From positions 2,528,001 to 2,592,000 of the forward strand of contig OY821641.1 in NCBI GenBank assembly GCA_963555995.3: 64,000 bases of DNA. The letters are read 5' to 3'. Below the pieces are notes generated by a model. That model was not told the origin of the DNA, ran no database searches, and worked only from the letters and a program-made list of their open reading frames with translations. Shown here one piece after another: positions 29,728 to 43,567 of the stretch. Positions within the stretch are counted from its first letter, which is position 1. Each line of letters opens with the position of its first letter. A program made the position numbers and the translations under genes. Origin of the DNA: Vicinamibacteria bacterium. Lineage in GTDB: Bacteria > Acidobacteriota > Vicinamibacteria > Marinacidobacterales > Marinacidobacteraceae.

Positions 29728-30168
29728 ATGTGTCTGATCGTTGATGCCGACCGGATGGGCATCTTCCTCGAGACGCCGGAACACGCGGACGCCAAACCGG
29801 TCCATCAATGGCTGCGGCGGGGCGTCGGACGGCTGGTGTACTCGACGGGAGGAAAGTTCGATTCCGAGCTCTACCGACGGGCGCGGGAGCTACTCGGAGC
29901 CTACCGTCGCGCGGGCAGCGCGACGTTGGTTCCCGAAGACACGTTTCGGGATGATGCGCTCCGGCTAAAGGAGGAAGCTCGGCTCCGCTCCAACGACGCG
30001 CACGTTCTGGCGCTGGCGCGAGCCAGCCGCGCGCGACTTCTCTACACGGGCGACAAGAGTCTTCAGGACGACTTCAGGGACCCCCAGATCATCAGCAACC
30101 CCCGGGGCAAGATCTATTCCGGGGCAAAGAACCGCCGCCTGCTGAACGCCAACGCCTGTCCGTCGTAG
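29728..30168 (+). CDS. PIN-like domain protein
   Basis: MCLIVDAD...SNDAHVLALARASRARLLYTGDKSLQDDF fits the PIN acidic-residue pattern; 10 bp after the ATPase stop. Confidence 0.75.
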   Translation: MCLIVDADRMGIFLETPEHADAKPVHQWLRRGVGRLVYSTGGKFDSELYRRARELLGAYRRAGSATLVPEDTFRDDALRLKEEARLRSNDAHVLALARASRARLLYTGDKSLQDDFRDPQIISNPRGKIYSGAKNRRLLNANACPS

Positions 30169-30258
30169 CGTCATCCGCGCCGGTTGCGCGCTCCCGCGCG
30201 ATGCCGACCGGAGGTCGGCGGTCCCTGGCCGGCGCGCTGTCAGATCAAACTGGCGGGC

Positions 30259-33762
<3,504 letters not shown>

Positions 33763-34178
33763 GCCGGACGCCTGGGCGTACTAACGTTCCCGCGGCCCGG
33801 AGGACATTCTGCGCCGGCCGGCCGAGGGATCGTCGGAGTGGGGCTGCGCCTGGTAGCCCCGTGGGACCGCCCAGCGGTTTTCGACGCCGCCGTTTGACCC
33901 CCTTGAACCGGACCAGGCATCCGGCCAGCTCTCGCGCAACACGGGGGAGCAGTCCTTGTCGAGCATGGTAGCCGTCCTGTCGAGCCGGCAACCGCCCCAC
34001 GGCGGCCAGATGCCGGGTGCGATGGATCAGCCGCGCACCCGCAGGGTCTCTGAGGGGGCGCCCGGCGTGGCGTCAGACAGGTCACGAGGAGGCATCGCAA
34101 CGGCATTCGACCCGGAAATCTCGATATGTCGCACCGGATTTTCCGGGTTAAAACGCTCCGGCGGCACCGGCCGTTCCA

Positions 34179-34266
34179 CTAGGAGCGCCAATTTTCGAGC
34201 CGGAGGCCGAGGATGCTCCCCAGATGGGTGGTGTTCTCGCTCACCAAGACTGCGTCGAACATTCAC
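34179..34266 (-). pseudogene. vapC: VapC toxin remnant (start fused to frameshifted C-terminal tail)
   Basis: GTG overlapping the antitoxin stop, then AVLVSENTTHLG / ILGLRLENWRS*, similar to the VapC tail at 4186. Confidence 0.65.
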
Positions 34267-34517
34267 GGCTCCGGAGGCCGCCTGCTCTTCCGGTTCGCCT
34301 TGATGGCTGTGCGCATCTGGGCCAGGATCCGCTGGAGTTCCGGGTCGCTGCCCGCCGCCCGGAGTTCCTCCACGAACGCCGGGCTCCACGCGGCGTCGCC
34401 AAGGAGGCTGCGTTCGAGCGCTTGGACGATGTAGCGATTCCGCGTGAGCCGCAGGTCCTTCGCTCGGCGGTCCACGGCGGCCAACAGGTCGCCGGAGAGG
34501 TGGATGGCGGTGCTTAT
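34263..34517 (-). CDS. RHH (CopG/VapB-like) antitoxin; expected start codon reads ATA
   Basis: STAIHLSGDLLAAVDRRAKDLRLTRNRYIVQALE is an RHH fold; alternative TTG start at 34484. Confidence 0.65.
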   Translation of the reverse strand: MSTAIHLSGDLLAAVDRRAKDLRLTRNRYIVQALERSLLGDAAWSPAFVEELRAAGSDPELQRILAQMRTAIKANRKSRRPPEP

Positions 34518-34613
34518 GGATGGAACACTATCTATCCGGTGGTTCGGGTGGCGGAGGATGGATGCCTTCCCCCGCTATCAGCGCTGCGCGCTCTGCGGCC
34601 CTGCCGGGCCGCG

Positions 34614-34843
34614 TGCCGGCTGAAGCCGGCGCTCCAAGCCGTACGTGCCACCTCCGCTCTTGAGTTCCACGCCGAGGTGGGGGCCGTCTTGTCCGGGTGG
34701 GGTTGTGACGTGCGCGGTGCGGAGCACCGCGCGTGCCGGTCTGAAGACCGGCGGTCCCGGTCGGCGCGCCACCGGGTCCGTCCGGCGTTGGCGGTTTCGC
34801 GGCCCGGGTGGGCCGCGATGCCGGCCGGAGGCCGGCGCTCCGA
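34614..34843. repeat. Cluster of three REP-like palindromes
   Basis: Copies near 34614, 34735 and 34820, at the island boundary. Confidence 0.75.
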
Positions 34844-34889
34844 GCGCGGAACCGGGTAGGCTGCGCAGCGTAGTGGTCCGTAGGCGGCA

Positions 34890-35621
34890 ATGAACGGGAA
34901 CGGCAGCGGAGCGGACGGCGCGCTCGCCGTGTCCATGCGGGACGTGACGAAGGTGTACCAGATGGGGGAGGTGGAGGTGCACGCGCTCCGGGGGGTGAGC
35001 GTGGACCTGGAGGTGGGGGGCTTCCTGGTGCTGCTGGGGCCGTCGGGGAGCGGCAAGTCCACCCTGCTGAACATCCTGGGCGGGCTCGATGTCCCGACCT
35101 CGGGGCGGGTGCTCTACCGGGGGCAGGACCTGACGCGCGCCGACGAAGGTGAGCTGACCCGGTACCGGCGGCGGCGGGTGGGGTTCGTGTTCCAGTTCTA
35201 CAACCTCATCCCGTCGCTTACCGCCCGCGAGAACGTGGAGCTCGTGACCGAGATCTCCGAGGACCCGCTCCCCGCACAGGAGGCCCTCGACATCGTCGGG
35301 CTCAAGGGCCGGAGCAGCCACTTCCCCTCGCAGATGTCCGGCGGCGAGCAGCAGCGGGTGGCCATCGCCCGCGCCATCGCCAAGCGGCCCGACATCCTGC
35401 TCTGCGACGAACCCACCGGAGCGCTCGACATCACCACCGGCATCCAGGTGCTCGAAGCGCTGGAGCGGGTGAACCGCGAGTACGGGGCGACCACCGCGAT
35501 CATCACCCACAACGCCGCGATCGCCACCATCGCGGACCGGGTCATCTCGCTCGCCGACGGCCGCATCTCCCGCGAGCAGGTCAACGACACGCGGGCCGCC
35601 GCCTCCACGATCCAGTGGTGA
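34890..35621 (+). CDS. ABC transporter ATP-binding protein (MacB/LolD type)
   Basis: [32 protein letters not shown]. Confidence 0.95.
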   Translation: MNGNGSGADGALAVSMRDVTKVYQMGEVEVHALRGVSVDLEVGGFLVLLGPSGSGKSTLLNILGGLDVPTSGRVLYRGQDLTRADEGELTRYRRRRVGFVFQFYNLIPSLTARENVELVTEISEDPLPAQEALDIVGLKGRSSHFPSQMSGGEQQRVAIARAIAKRPDILLCDEPTGALDITTGIQVLEALERVNREYGATTAIITHNAAIATIADRVISLADGRISREQVNDTRAAASTIQW

Positions 35622-35628
35622 GGACGCC

Positions 35629-37995
35629 GTGATCCGCGCGCTCGACCGCAAGCTGCTCCGCGACCTCTGGCGGGTCCGCTCCATGGGGCTCGCCATCGCG
35701 GTGGTGGTCGCGTCGGGGATCGCGCTGCTGGTCGCGTCGCTCATCTGCTTCGACTCGCTGGAGACGACGCGCGACCGTTACTACGCCCGGAACGAGTTCG
35801 GGGACGTCTTCGCGAACGCCAAGCGCGTCCCCCGCTGGGTCGCCGGGAGCCTCGACGAGCTGCCCGGGGTGGTCCGGGCGGACACCCGGGTGGTCGCCGG
35901 CGTGACGCTCGACGTGCCGGGCAGCAGCGAGCCGGTCAACGGCCGCCTCATCTCGCTCCCGGACAGCGGCCGTCCGGTCCTGAACGGCGTGACCCTGCGC
36001 AGCGGGCGCTGGCCCGACCCCGGACGCGCGGAGGAGGCGATCGTCAACGAACGCTTCGCCCAGGGGCACGGGCTCGAACTCGGCGACCAGGTCTTCGCCG
36101 TGATCAACGGCCGGCGCCAGCGGCTCGAGATCGTCGGGACGGCGCTCTCCCCCGAGTACGTCTATGCCATCGCCGGCGGCGACCTCCTGCCGGACCCGAC
36201 GCGGTTCGGGGTGTTCTGGATGGCGCGCCGGCACCTCGCCACCGCCTTCGACATGGAGGGCGGGTTCAACGACATCGCGCTGTCGCTCGCCGAGGGCGCC
36301 GCGCCGGAGCCCGCGATCGCCGAACTGGACCGCCTGCTGGAGCCCTACGGCGGCCTCGGGGCCATTCCCCGCGCCCAGCAGATCTCCCACTGGTACCTCC
36401 AGAACGAGTTGACCGGGCTGCGCGGCATGGCGCTCCTCATGCCCATGATCTTCCTCGGGATCGCGGCGTTCCTCCTGAACGTCGTCCTCCGGCGGATGGT
36501 CGCGGTCCAGCGGGAACAGATCGCGGTGCTCAAGGCCATCGGCTACTCCAACCTGCGCCTCGGGCTGCACTTCACGCAGTGGGCGGTGGTGGTGTCCGTC
36601 CTGGGCGGCGTGCTCGGGATCGCGCTGGGCGCCCTGATGAGCGCCGGGATGCTCAACCTCTACATGGAGTACTTCCGCTTCCCGGACCTGATCCTCCGCT
36701 GGAGCTGGGGGCACATCCTCGGCGCCCTGGTGGCCTGCGGGGCGGCGTCGGTGCTGGGCGCCGCCGCGGCGGTGAAGAGCGTGGTGCGCCTGCCGCCCGC
36801 GGAGGCGATGCGGCCGGCGGCGCCGGACACCTTCCGGGTCTCGCTGCTGGAACGGCTGGGCCTGCGGCGGTGGCTAACGCAGCCGCTCCGCATGGTGCTC
36901 CGCAACCTCGCGCGCCGGCCGGCCCGCGCCGCCATGTCCGTGATCGGCATCGCCTTCTCCGCCTCGATCATGGTGCTCGCGAGCGCCGCCATGGACTCGT
37001 TCGAAGAGCTGATGCAACTCCAGTTCAACGTGGTCCAGCGCCAGGACGTGACCGTGACCTTCTTCGAACCGGAGGGGCGCGCCGCGTTCTACGAGCTGGC
37101 GTCGGTGCCGGGCGTCGTCGAGGTCGAACCCCTGAACGGCGCCTCCGCGCGCCTGCGGAACGGGAACCGGAACCGCCAGGTCGGGATCCAGGCGCTCCAG
37201 CCCGACGCCCGGCTGCAGCGGGTGGTGGGCGCCGACTACCAGCCGGTGCGGTTCGACCGCACGGGCCTGATCCTGTCCCGGAAGCTGGCCGACGTGCTCG
37301 GCGTGGCGCCGGGGGACACGCTGCGGGTGGAGGCGCTCCAGGGGACGCGGCCGGAGCGGGACATGGTGGTGAGCGCCACCGTGGACGACCTGATGGGCGT
37401 TTCGGCGTACATGGAGCCCGAGGCGCTCCGCCGCTTCCTGAGCGACTCGGCGACCATGAGCGGAGCGGCGCTCGGGCTCGATCCGGCGGCGCGCGACTCG
37501 GTGTACGCCGCGCTGAAGGGGATGCCGGTGGTGGCGGGCGTCGCGCTCCAGCACGCGATGCTCGAGAACTTCGAGACCTTCGTCGCCGAGAACATGAACA
37601 ACACGATGGCGGTCAACCTGCTCTTCGCGATGGTGATCGCGTTCGGCGTCATCTACAACACGGCGCGCATCTCCCTCTCCGAGCGGAGCCGCGAACTCGC
37701 GAGCATGCGGGTCATGGGCTTCACCCGCGCGGAGATCGGCATCGTGCTCTTCGGCGAACTCGCCATCCTCACGGCGGCGGCGATCCCGGTGGGGCTCGGG
37801 CTCGGCTACTCCATGCTCGCCGGCATGCTGGCCGCCTACGAGACCGAGCTGTTCCGGATGCCGCTGGTCACCGAACCGGGCACCTTCGCGTGGGCCTCGG
37901 CGGCGGTGGTCGTCGCGATGGGGCTCTCGGCGCTGGTGGTTCGCCATAAATTGAACCGGCTCGATCTCGTGGAAGTCCTCAAGACGCGGGAGTAA
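35629..37995 (+). CDS. ABC transporter permease (duplicated FtsX/MacB domains)
   Basis: QREQIAVLKAIGY and ERSRELASMRVMGF motifs, many TMs. Confidence 0.92.
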   Translation: MIRALDRKLLRDLWRVRSMGLAIAVVVASGIALLVASLICFDSLETTRDRYYARNEFGDVFANAKRVPRWVAGSLDELPGVVRADTRVVAGVTLDVPGSSEPVNGRLISLPDSGRPVLNGVTLRSGRWPDPGRAEEAIVNERFAQGHGLELGDQVFAVINGRRQRLEIVGTALSPEYVYAIAGGDLLPDPTRFGVFWMARRHLATAFDMEGGFNDIALSLAEGAAPEPAIAELDRLLEPYGGLGAIPRAQQISHWYLQNELTGLRGMALLMPMIFLGIAAFLLNVVLRRMVAVQREQIAVLKAIGYSNLRLGLHFTQWAVVVSVLGGVLGIALGALMSAGMLNLYMEYFRFPDLILRWSWGHILGALVACGAASVLGAAAAVKSVVRLPPAEAMRPAAPDTFRVSLLERLGLRRWLTQPLRMVLRNLARRPARAAMSVIGIAFSASIMVLASAAMDSFEELMQLQFNVVQRQDVTVTFFEPEGRAAFYELASVPGVVEVEPLNGASARLRNGNRNRQVGIQALQPDARLQRVVGADYQPVRFDRTGLILSRKLADVLGVAPGDTLRVEALQGTRPERDMVVSATVDDLMGVSAYMEPEALRRFLSDSATMSGAALGLDPAARDSVYAALKGMPVVAGVALQHAMLENFETFVAENMNNTMAVNLLFAMVIAFGVIYNTARISLSERSRELASMRVMGFTRAEIGIVLFGELAILTAAAIPVGLGLGYSMLAGMLAAYETELFRMPLVTEPGTFAWASAAVVVAMGLSALVVRHKLNRLDLVEVLKTRE

Positions 37996-37999
37996 CGGA

Positions 38000-39229
38000 A
38001 TGAAAAAGCGACGCCGGCTCATCTTCTGGGGCATTGGCCTGACCGCGCTCATCGCGCTGATCGCCCTCGGGTCCCGCCCGCGCCCGATCCCGGTGGACAT
38101 CGCTTCGGTGGTCCAGGGGACGCTCTCGGTGACGCTCGACGAGGAGGGCGAGACGCGCGTCCGCGACCGCTTCGAGATTTCGGCGCCGGTGGCCGGCCGC
38201 GTCCTCCGCATCGAACTCGAACCCGGCGATCCGGTGCTGGCGGCGGAGAGCGTCCTCGCCACCTTCCTGCCGGCCTCCCCCGTGCCGCTCGACCCCCGCC
38301 AGCGGGCCGAAGCCGGGGCCGCGGTCGAGGCGGCCGAGGCGGCGGTGGGACGGGTCGAGGCGCTCCACGAGCAGGCGGCGCAGGAGCGCGCCTTCGCCGA
38401 GTCCACCCTGAACCGGCTGCGCCGCCTCCGGGAAGAGGGCGTCTCCTCCGCGGAGGCGCTGGAGTTGGCCCAGCTCGAACTCGATACCCGCCAGGAAGCG
38501 CTCGAGGCCGCCGAGTTCGCGGTCCGGGACGCCCGCGGCAACCTGGCGCTCGCCCGCGCCCGGCTGCAGCGGTTCCGCTTCCGCACCGGCGACGCGGCGA
38601 CCGGGAATCCGGAGGCGATCCAGATCTTCTCGCCGGTGGACGGGGTGGTGCTGCGGCGGCTCCGCGAGAGCGAGGCGGTGGTGCCCGCCGGCGAGCCGCT
38701 GCTGGAGGTCGGGGACCCCCGCGAACTCGAGGTCGTGACCGACTACCTCTCGAACGACGCGGTGCGGATGCGCGCCGGACAGGCGGCGCTCATTGACCGC
38801 TGGGGCGGCGACCGCCCGCTCGCCGGCCGGGTGCTGCGGGTCGAGCCCTCGGGCTTCACCAAGATTTCGGCGCTCGGCGTCGAGGAGCAGCGCGTCAACG
38901 TGGTCATGGAGCTCGAAGAGCCCTACGAAACGCGTTCCAGCCTCGGCGACGCCTACCGCGTCGAGACCCGGGTGGTGGTCTGGGAGGCGGAGGACCAGGT
39001 GAAGGTGCCCGTCGGGGCGCTCTTCCGCCGGGGCGAGAGCTGGGCGGTCTTCGTCGTCGAGAACGACACCGCCAGCGAACGGGCCGTCGAGATCGGCGAG
39101 CGCAACCGGCAGGAGGCGCAGGTCCTCGGTGGCCTCGCGGTCGGCGACCGGGTGGTCGTGTATCCCGGGGACAGCGTGGCCGACGGAGTCCGGGTGGCGC
39201 CGGCGGCGGCGAGCGCGGCGTCCGGATGA
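38000..39229 (+). CDS. Efflux periplasmic adaptor (HlyD/MacA-like)
   Basis: ISAPVAG, SPVDGVVL, PSGFTKISALGVEEQRV. Confidence 0.92.
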   Translation: MKKRRRLIFWGIGLTALIALIALGSRPRPIPVDIASVVQGTLSVTLDEEGETRVRDRFEISAPVAGRVLRIELEPGDPVLAAESVLATFLPASPVPLDPRQRAEAGAAVEAAEAAVGRVEALHEQAAQERAFAESTLNRLRRLREEGVSSAEALELAQLELDTRQEALEAAEFAVRDARGNLALARARLQRFRFRTGDAATGNPEAIQIFSPVDGVVLRRLRESEAVVPAGEPLLEVGDPRELEVVTDYLSNDAVRMRAGQAALIDRWGGDRPLAGRVLRVEPSGFTKISALGVEEQRVNVVMELEEPYETRSSLGDAYRVETRVVVWEAEDQVKVPVGALFRRGESWAVFVVENDTASERAVEIGERNRQEAQVLGGLAVGDRVVVYPGDSVADGVRVAPAAASAASG

Positions 39230-40482
39230 CGGACGACTCGGGGGCGGCCGAGCTTCGGGAGACGTTCCGGCGGGTGCGGCGGCAGACCGCCGAACTCGCG
39301 GCGCCGCTCGCCATCGAGGACTACGTGGTCCAGTCCCTGCCGGAGGCGCGTCCGGCGAAGTGGCACGTGGGCCACACCTCGTGGTACTTCGAGACGTTTG
39401 TCCTGGGCCGCGAGGGCGCCGGCCAGGCTCCGATCCGACCGGACTACCGGGAGATCTTCGGCGTCTCCGACGCCGGCGTCGAGATCCGCCACGACCGGGG
39501 CGTGCTGTCGCGGCCCACGGTGGCGGAGGTGTACGAATACCGGCGCCAGGTGGACGACGCGATGTCGGAGCTGCTCGCCGACGAGCTTCCGGAGGAGGTC
39601 CGCGAACGGGTGGTGCTCGGGCTGCACCACGAGCAGCAGCACCAGGAGCGGATGCTCGCCGACCTGAAACACCTGTTCTCGCGGAACCCGCTCCACCCCG
39701 CTTACCGGGAGGCGTCCAGCGAGCCGCGAGGCGGCGCCGTCCCGCCGCTCCGGTTCGTCTCGTTCGCCGGGGGGAGGCAGACCGTCGGGTATGCGGGAAC
39801 GGGGTTCGCGTATGACAACGAGAGGCCCCGGCACGAGCGGCTGGTCGCTCCGTTCCAGCTCGGCTCGCGCCTGATCACGAACGACGAGTACCGGGAGTTC
39901 ATCGAGGAGGGCGGCTACCGCGAGCGTTCGCTGTGGCTCGCGGACGGGTGGGAAGCCCGCGTGGCGGGCGGCTGGGAGGCGCCGCTCCACTGGGTCCGGC
40001 AGGGCGACGGCTTCAACGAGTTCTCGCTCGCCGGGCTGGCGCCGCTGGCGCCCGCGGCCCCGGTCGTCCACGTGAGCTGCTTCGAGGCCGACGCCTTCGC
40101 GCGCTGGCGGGAGGCGCGGCTGCCCACCGAGTTCGAATGGGAGTCGGCGGCGGCGGACCAGCCGGTCACCGGGACGTTCCTCGAAGACGGCCACCTGCAC
40201 CCCCAACCCGCGCCGGCCGCGGCGCACCGCGGGGCGTCCGGCCCCGTGCAGCTCTTCGGCGACGTCTGGGAGTGGACGGCCAGCCCCTACCTCCCCTACC
40301 CCGGCTTCCGCCCGTCCGGAGTCTTCGGCCAGTCGAGCGGCCGTTCCATGTCCGGCCGCATGGTGCTCCGCGGCGGCTCCTGCCTCACCCCCGCCTCCCA
40401 CATCCGCGCCACCTACCGCCACGTCCTCCGCCCCGACGCGCGCTGGCAGGCCACGGGCATCCGCATCGCCCGCGACGGATAA
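39226..40482 (+). CDS. egtB: EgtB-like sulfoxide synthase homologue (DinB_2 + FGE-sulfatase fold), divergent active site
   Basis: KWHVGH, GLHHEQQHQE, FAYDNERPRH, RLPTEFEWE, GDVWEWT, VLRGGS; ATGA overlap with the adaptor gene. Confidence 0.85.
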   Translation: MTDDSGAAELRETFRRVRRQTAELAAPLAIEDYVVQSLPEARPAKWHVGHTSWYFETFVLGREGAGQAPIRPDYREIFGVSDAGVEIRHDRGVLSRPTVAEVYEYRRQVDDAMSELLADELPEEVRERVVLGLHHEQQHQERMLADLKHLFSRNPLHPAYREASSEPRGGAVPPLRFVSFAGGRQTVGYAGTGFAYDNERPRHERLVAPFQLGSRLITNDEYREFIEEGGYRERSLWLADGWEARVAGGWEAPLHWVRQGDGFNEFSLAGLAPLAPAAPVVHVSCFEADAFARWREARLPTEFEWESAAADQPVTGTFLEDGHLHPQPAPAAAHRGASGPVQLFGDVWEWTASPYLPYPGFRPSGVFGQSSGRSMSGRMVLRGGSCLTPASHIRATYRHVLRPDARWQATGIRIARDG

Positions 40483-40489
40483 CCGTGTG

Positions 40490-40689
40490 CCGGCTTGGAA
40501 CGCCGGTCTCCAGACCGGCACCGTCCCGCACAGCGGGACGAAACCGCGTACCCCCACCCACCCTCACGGCACCGCCGGCTTGGAACGCCGGTCTCCAGAC
40601 CGGCATCGTCCCGCAGAGCGGGGCGAAACCGCGTACTGCGGCGCACTCTGACGGCACCGCGGGCTCGGAGCGCCGGCCTCCGGCCGGCA
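40490..40689 (+). repeat. Two tandem ~85-bp REP-containing units plus a third REP between egtB and egtD
   Basis: CCGGCTTGGAACGCCGGTCTCCAGACCGGCA..GTCCCGCA..GCGGG..CGAAACCGCGTAC near 40490 and 40575. Confidence 0.85.
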
Positions 40690-40762
40690 TCGCGCGGGAG
40701 CGCGGAACCAGTTCTGATGGCCCAACGTCACGCCAACGAGAGGTCGCCCGGCCACGCTGTCC

Positions 40763-41701
40763 ATGCCTGACTTCGCGGTAACCCGCGCCGCCGCCCGCGC
40801 CGAGATCCGCTCCGATCTCCTCCGCACCCCGCCCTCCATCTCCCCCAAGTTCTTCTACGACCGCGTCGGCTCCGACCTCTTCGACCAGATCACCCGCACC
40901 CCCGAGTACTACCTGACCGCGACCGAGATCGCGATCCTCGAGACCAACCTCGACGAGATCGCGGCCGGCAGCGGCCCGCGCGCCGTCCTCGCCGAAATCG
41001 CCGCCGGCAGCGCCCGCAAGGCGCGCATCGTCCTCGGCGGGCTCGTAGCTCCCGCCGCCTACGCGCCGGTGGACATCGCCGAGGACACGCTCGCCGGCCA
41101 GGCGGCGGCGGTGCGCCGCGACTTCCCGGACCTGAACGTGATCCCGGTCGCCGCGGACTTCTCGCGCGACTTCGCCCTCCCGGCGTTCCACTTCGACCAC
41201 GGCCGGATCGCGCTCTTCTACGCGGGCTCCTCGCTCGGGAACTTCGAGCCTGCGGAAGCGTCGGCTTTCCTCGGGCGGCTCGCGCGCGCCGCCGGCCCTG
41301 GCTCCCGCCTCCTGCTAGGGGTGGACCGGAAGAAGGACCCGGCGGTCCTCAACCGCGCCTACAACGACCCCGGCGGCCTCAACGCCGCCTTCAACCGCAA
41401 CATCCTGAACAACGCGAACCGGCTGGCGGACGGCGACTTCGACCCGGAGAAATGGATCCCGCACCAGTTCTACGCCGAAGAACGTGGCCGCATCGAGCTG
41501 TGGCTCGAAAGCGCCGCGGACCAGACGGTCCGGGTCGCCGGGGAGACCCTGCATTTCGCCGCCGGCGACCGCATCCACACCGAGAACTCCTACAAGTACG
41601 ACGTCGAGGAAGTCCTCGCCCTCGCGGCCCCGGGATGGCGCCCCCTCCACCACTGGAGCGACCGCGCCGAGCGCTTCAGCGTCTTCCTTCTCGCCGCCTG
41701 A
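40763..41701 (+). CDS. egtD: EgtD-like amino-acid N-alpha-methyltransferase (Methyltransf_33)
   Basis: PKFFYD, PEYYLT, GSSLGNF, AYND, IHTENSYKY. Confidence 0.87.
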   Translation: MPDFAVTRAAARAEIRSDLLRTPPSISPKFFYDRVGSDLFDQITRTPEYYLTATEIAILETNLDEIAAGSGPRAVLAEIAAGSARKARIVLGGLVAPAAYAPVDIAEDTLAGQAAAVRRDFPDLNVIPVAADFSRDFALPAFHFDHGRIALFYAGSSLGNFEPAEASAFLGRLARAAGPGSRLLLGVDRKKDPAVLNRAYNDPGGLNAAFNRNILNNANRLADGDFDPEKWIPHQFYAEERGRIELWLESAADQTVRVAGETLHFAAGDRIHTENSYKYDVEEVLALAAPGWRPLHHWSDRAERFSVFLLAA

Positions 41702-41708
41702 GTTCGAT

Positions 41709-42347
41709 TCAGGACGAAGGGGCGAGGCGTGCGATCGTCGCGTCGAGCACCGCCGTCCATCCCTCCCGCGTCACCTCGCGATACGCCACCTCGCCGACGA
41801 AGCCGCTGCTCATCACGTGGTCCGGACTGACCTCGCGCAGTTTCGTCAGGCTCTGGGCCAGATCGGCAGCGCTGCCGCCGGAACCCGGCAGCACCAGCGT
41901 GGACCATTCCCCGTCCCACTGGAAGATCGTGTCGCCGCTGAAGAGATAGGACTTGCCGTACGGCGACTGGTAGAAGAAACAGATACTGCCGTCCGTGTGT
42001 CCCGGCGTGTGGATGATGGCGACGTTCTCGATCCGGTCAGCGCCCGCTTCGAACAGGAGATCCGGTTCGCCGTGGACGCCGACGAATGGGGCCTCGATCG
42101 CACTACAACCGAGCTTGCAACCGAACCGGGCTCGGATCCGCGTCTGGGACGGGCCGGCCTCGTCCCGGTGGGTGAGGAGCTGATAGGCAATCCCACCCAA
42201 TGCCGCCATCTCCTTCAGATCGTCTTCGTTTCCCGTGTTGTAGAACAGGATGTTCCCCGTCGGGCGCACGAGAAAGTAGGCGTGGGTATTCAGGATTCCC
42301 GCACGATGGATCGTGCTCTGCCACAGGTCGGGCTGGAGCTGTTTCAT
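41709..42347 (-). CDS. Metallo-beta-lactamase fold protein
   Basis: [22 protein letters not shown]; start MKQLQPD. Confidence 0.85.
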   Translation of the reverse strand: MKQLQPDLWQSTIHRAGILNTHAYFLVRPTGNILFYNTGNEDDLKEMAALGGIAYQLLTHRDEAGPSQTRIRARFGCKLGCSAIEAPFVGVHGEPDLLFEAGADRIENVAIIHTPGHTDGSICFFYQSPYGKSYLFSGDTIFQWDGEWSTLVLPGSGGSAADLAQSLTKLREVSPDHVMSSGFVGEVAYREVTREGWTAVLDATIARLAPSS

Positions 42348-42459
42348 GGGGGAATGATGGCTCCCCAATGATCGCCGGTATGCTCGTGGTCTCGGCATCC
42401 CGGACGTCGGGCAATCGCCGCCCGGAGACCCACACCCTCGTAGTCGAGGTTCCGAATCC

Positions 42460-42927
42460 ATGCTGGCGACAGGCTTCCTCGGGACGCGGGCGGACGCCTT
42501 CGTGGACGCGGCGGTGGTGTTCTTCGTGGCCGCTCCGTTCCTGATGGCCCTTGCGCTGCGGCTCGCGGCGCAACACCGCTACCGCGCCCACCGCGGGCTT
42601 CAGGTGGGGGTGCTGCTCGGGGCGATCGTGGCAGTGCTCCTGCTGGAGGGCAGCATCCGATTCGGCGGCGCCATGGATGCCTTCGCGTTGAGCGCGTACC
42701 ACGGCACCGCGACGCTGGCTGGCCTCTTCGGCGTTCACCTCGCGGTCGCGATCCCCACGTTTGTCGCCTGGTGTGTCCTGGCGGTCCTGTCGTGGCGCCG
42801 TTTCCCCGGCGTCTTGCCGGGTTCCTTCGGGCCGCGACACCAGTTCTGGGGCCGGCTCACCTTCGCCGGCCTGTGGTTCACCTGCGCAACCGGCGTGGGC
42901 CTCTACGTAATGAGCTTCGCCCTCTGA
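42460..42927 (+). CDS. DUF420-like 4-TM membrane protein
   Basis: Hydrophobic segments with spaced His (RAHR, GVHL, RHQFWGR), end TGVGLY. Confidence 0.75.
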   Translation: MLATGFLGTRADAFVDAAVVFFVAAPFLMALALRLAAQHRYRAHRGLQVGVLLGAIVAVLLLEGSIRFGGAMDAFALSAYHGTATLAGLFGVHLAVAIPTFVAWCVLAVLSWRRFPGVLPGSFGPRHQFWGRLTFAGLWFTCATGVGLYVMSFAL

Positions 42928-43140
42928 GACCTCGGTCAGTCCTCGACCGCATCGTCGCAACCCCTCATCCGCTTTCCGGATCCTTCACCCGTGGCCGGCC
43001 CGCCGTGGCCACCGGCGCCAGGACACTCTCCATCTCCCGCACCCTCGCCCCCCGGGGAACGCCGGCGCCCAAGCGTAGAATGAGCCGATGCTCACCCGTG
43101 ATCCGGGGTTGAAGCGCCGCATGTGGGAGAACCCAGCGGC

Positions 43141-43446
43141 ATGAGTCCCAGACTGCACATCTCCCGGGATGACATCGCGGCGTTCTGCAGAAAACACCGG
43201 ATCCGGAAGTTCTCGCTGTTCGGGTCCGTGCTCCGCGACGACTTCGGGCCGGACAGCGATGTGGATGTGGTGGCGGAGTTCACGCCGGACGCACGGTTCG
43301 GGCTGTTCGAGCTCGTGGACATGCAGGACGAGTTGAGCGCCATCGTGGGAAGAAAGGCGGACATCCACGAGTTCCGGTCGTTGCGGCCGTGGATGCAGGA
43401 GGAAGTCGCCGCGTCCATGGAACTGTTCTATGAAGCGCCGGAGTGA
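43141..43446 (+). CDS. Minimal nucleotidyltransferase (MNT) antitoxin
   Basis: SLFGSVLRDDFGPDSDVDVV motif. Confidence 0.9.
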   Translation: MSPRLHISRDDIAAFCRKHRIRKFSLFGSVLRDDFGPDSDVDVVAEFTPDARFGLFELVDMQDELSAIVGRKADIHEFRSLRPWMQEEVAASMELFYEAPE

Positions 43447-43471
43447 CGCCGGGCCCGTTCGGGGCCTTTGA
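43430..43471 (+). pseudogene. Possible stub of the partner HEPN (DUF86) toxin, MKRRSDAG...
   Basis: ATG overlapping the MNT 3' end where the HEPN gene normally starts; stops after 13 codons. Confidence 0.4.
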
Positions 43472-43567
43472 TTCCGAACGGCGTTTTTCTGGAATTGACG
43501 GCAAAGGTTGCACTATCTTGAGACGGGGTTGCGGTGCGCGCCGAGGTGAGCACCGTCCCGCGGGTCA

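Noticed and set aside
33780-34170. Possible further toxin fragments upstream of the helicase
   Set aside because: No frame gives a convincing motif; left unannotated.
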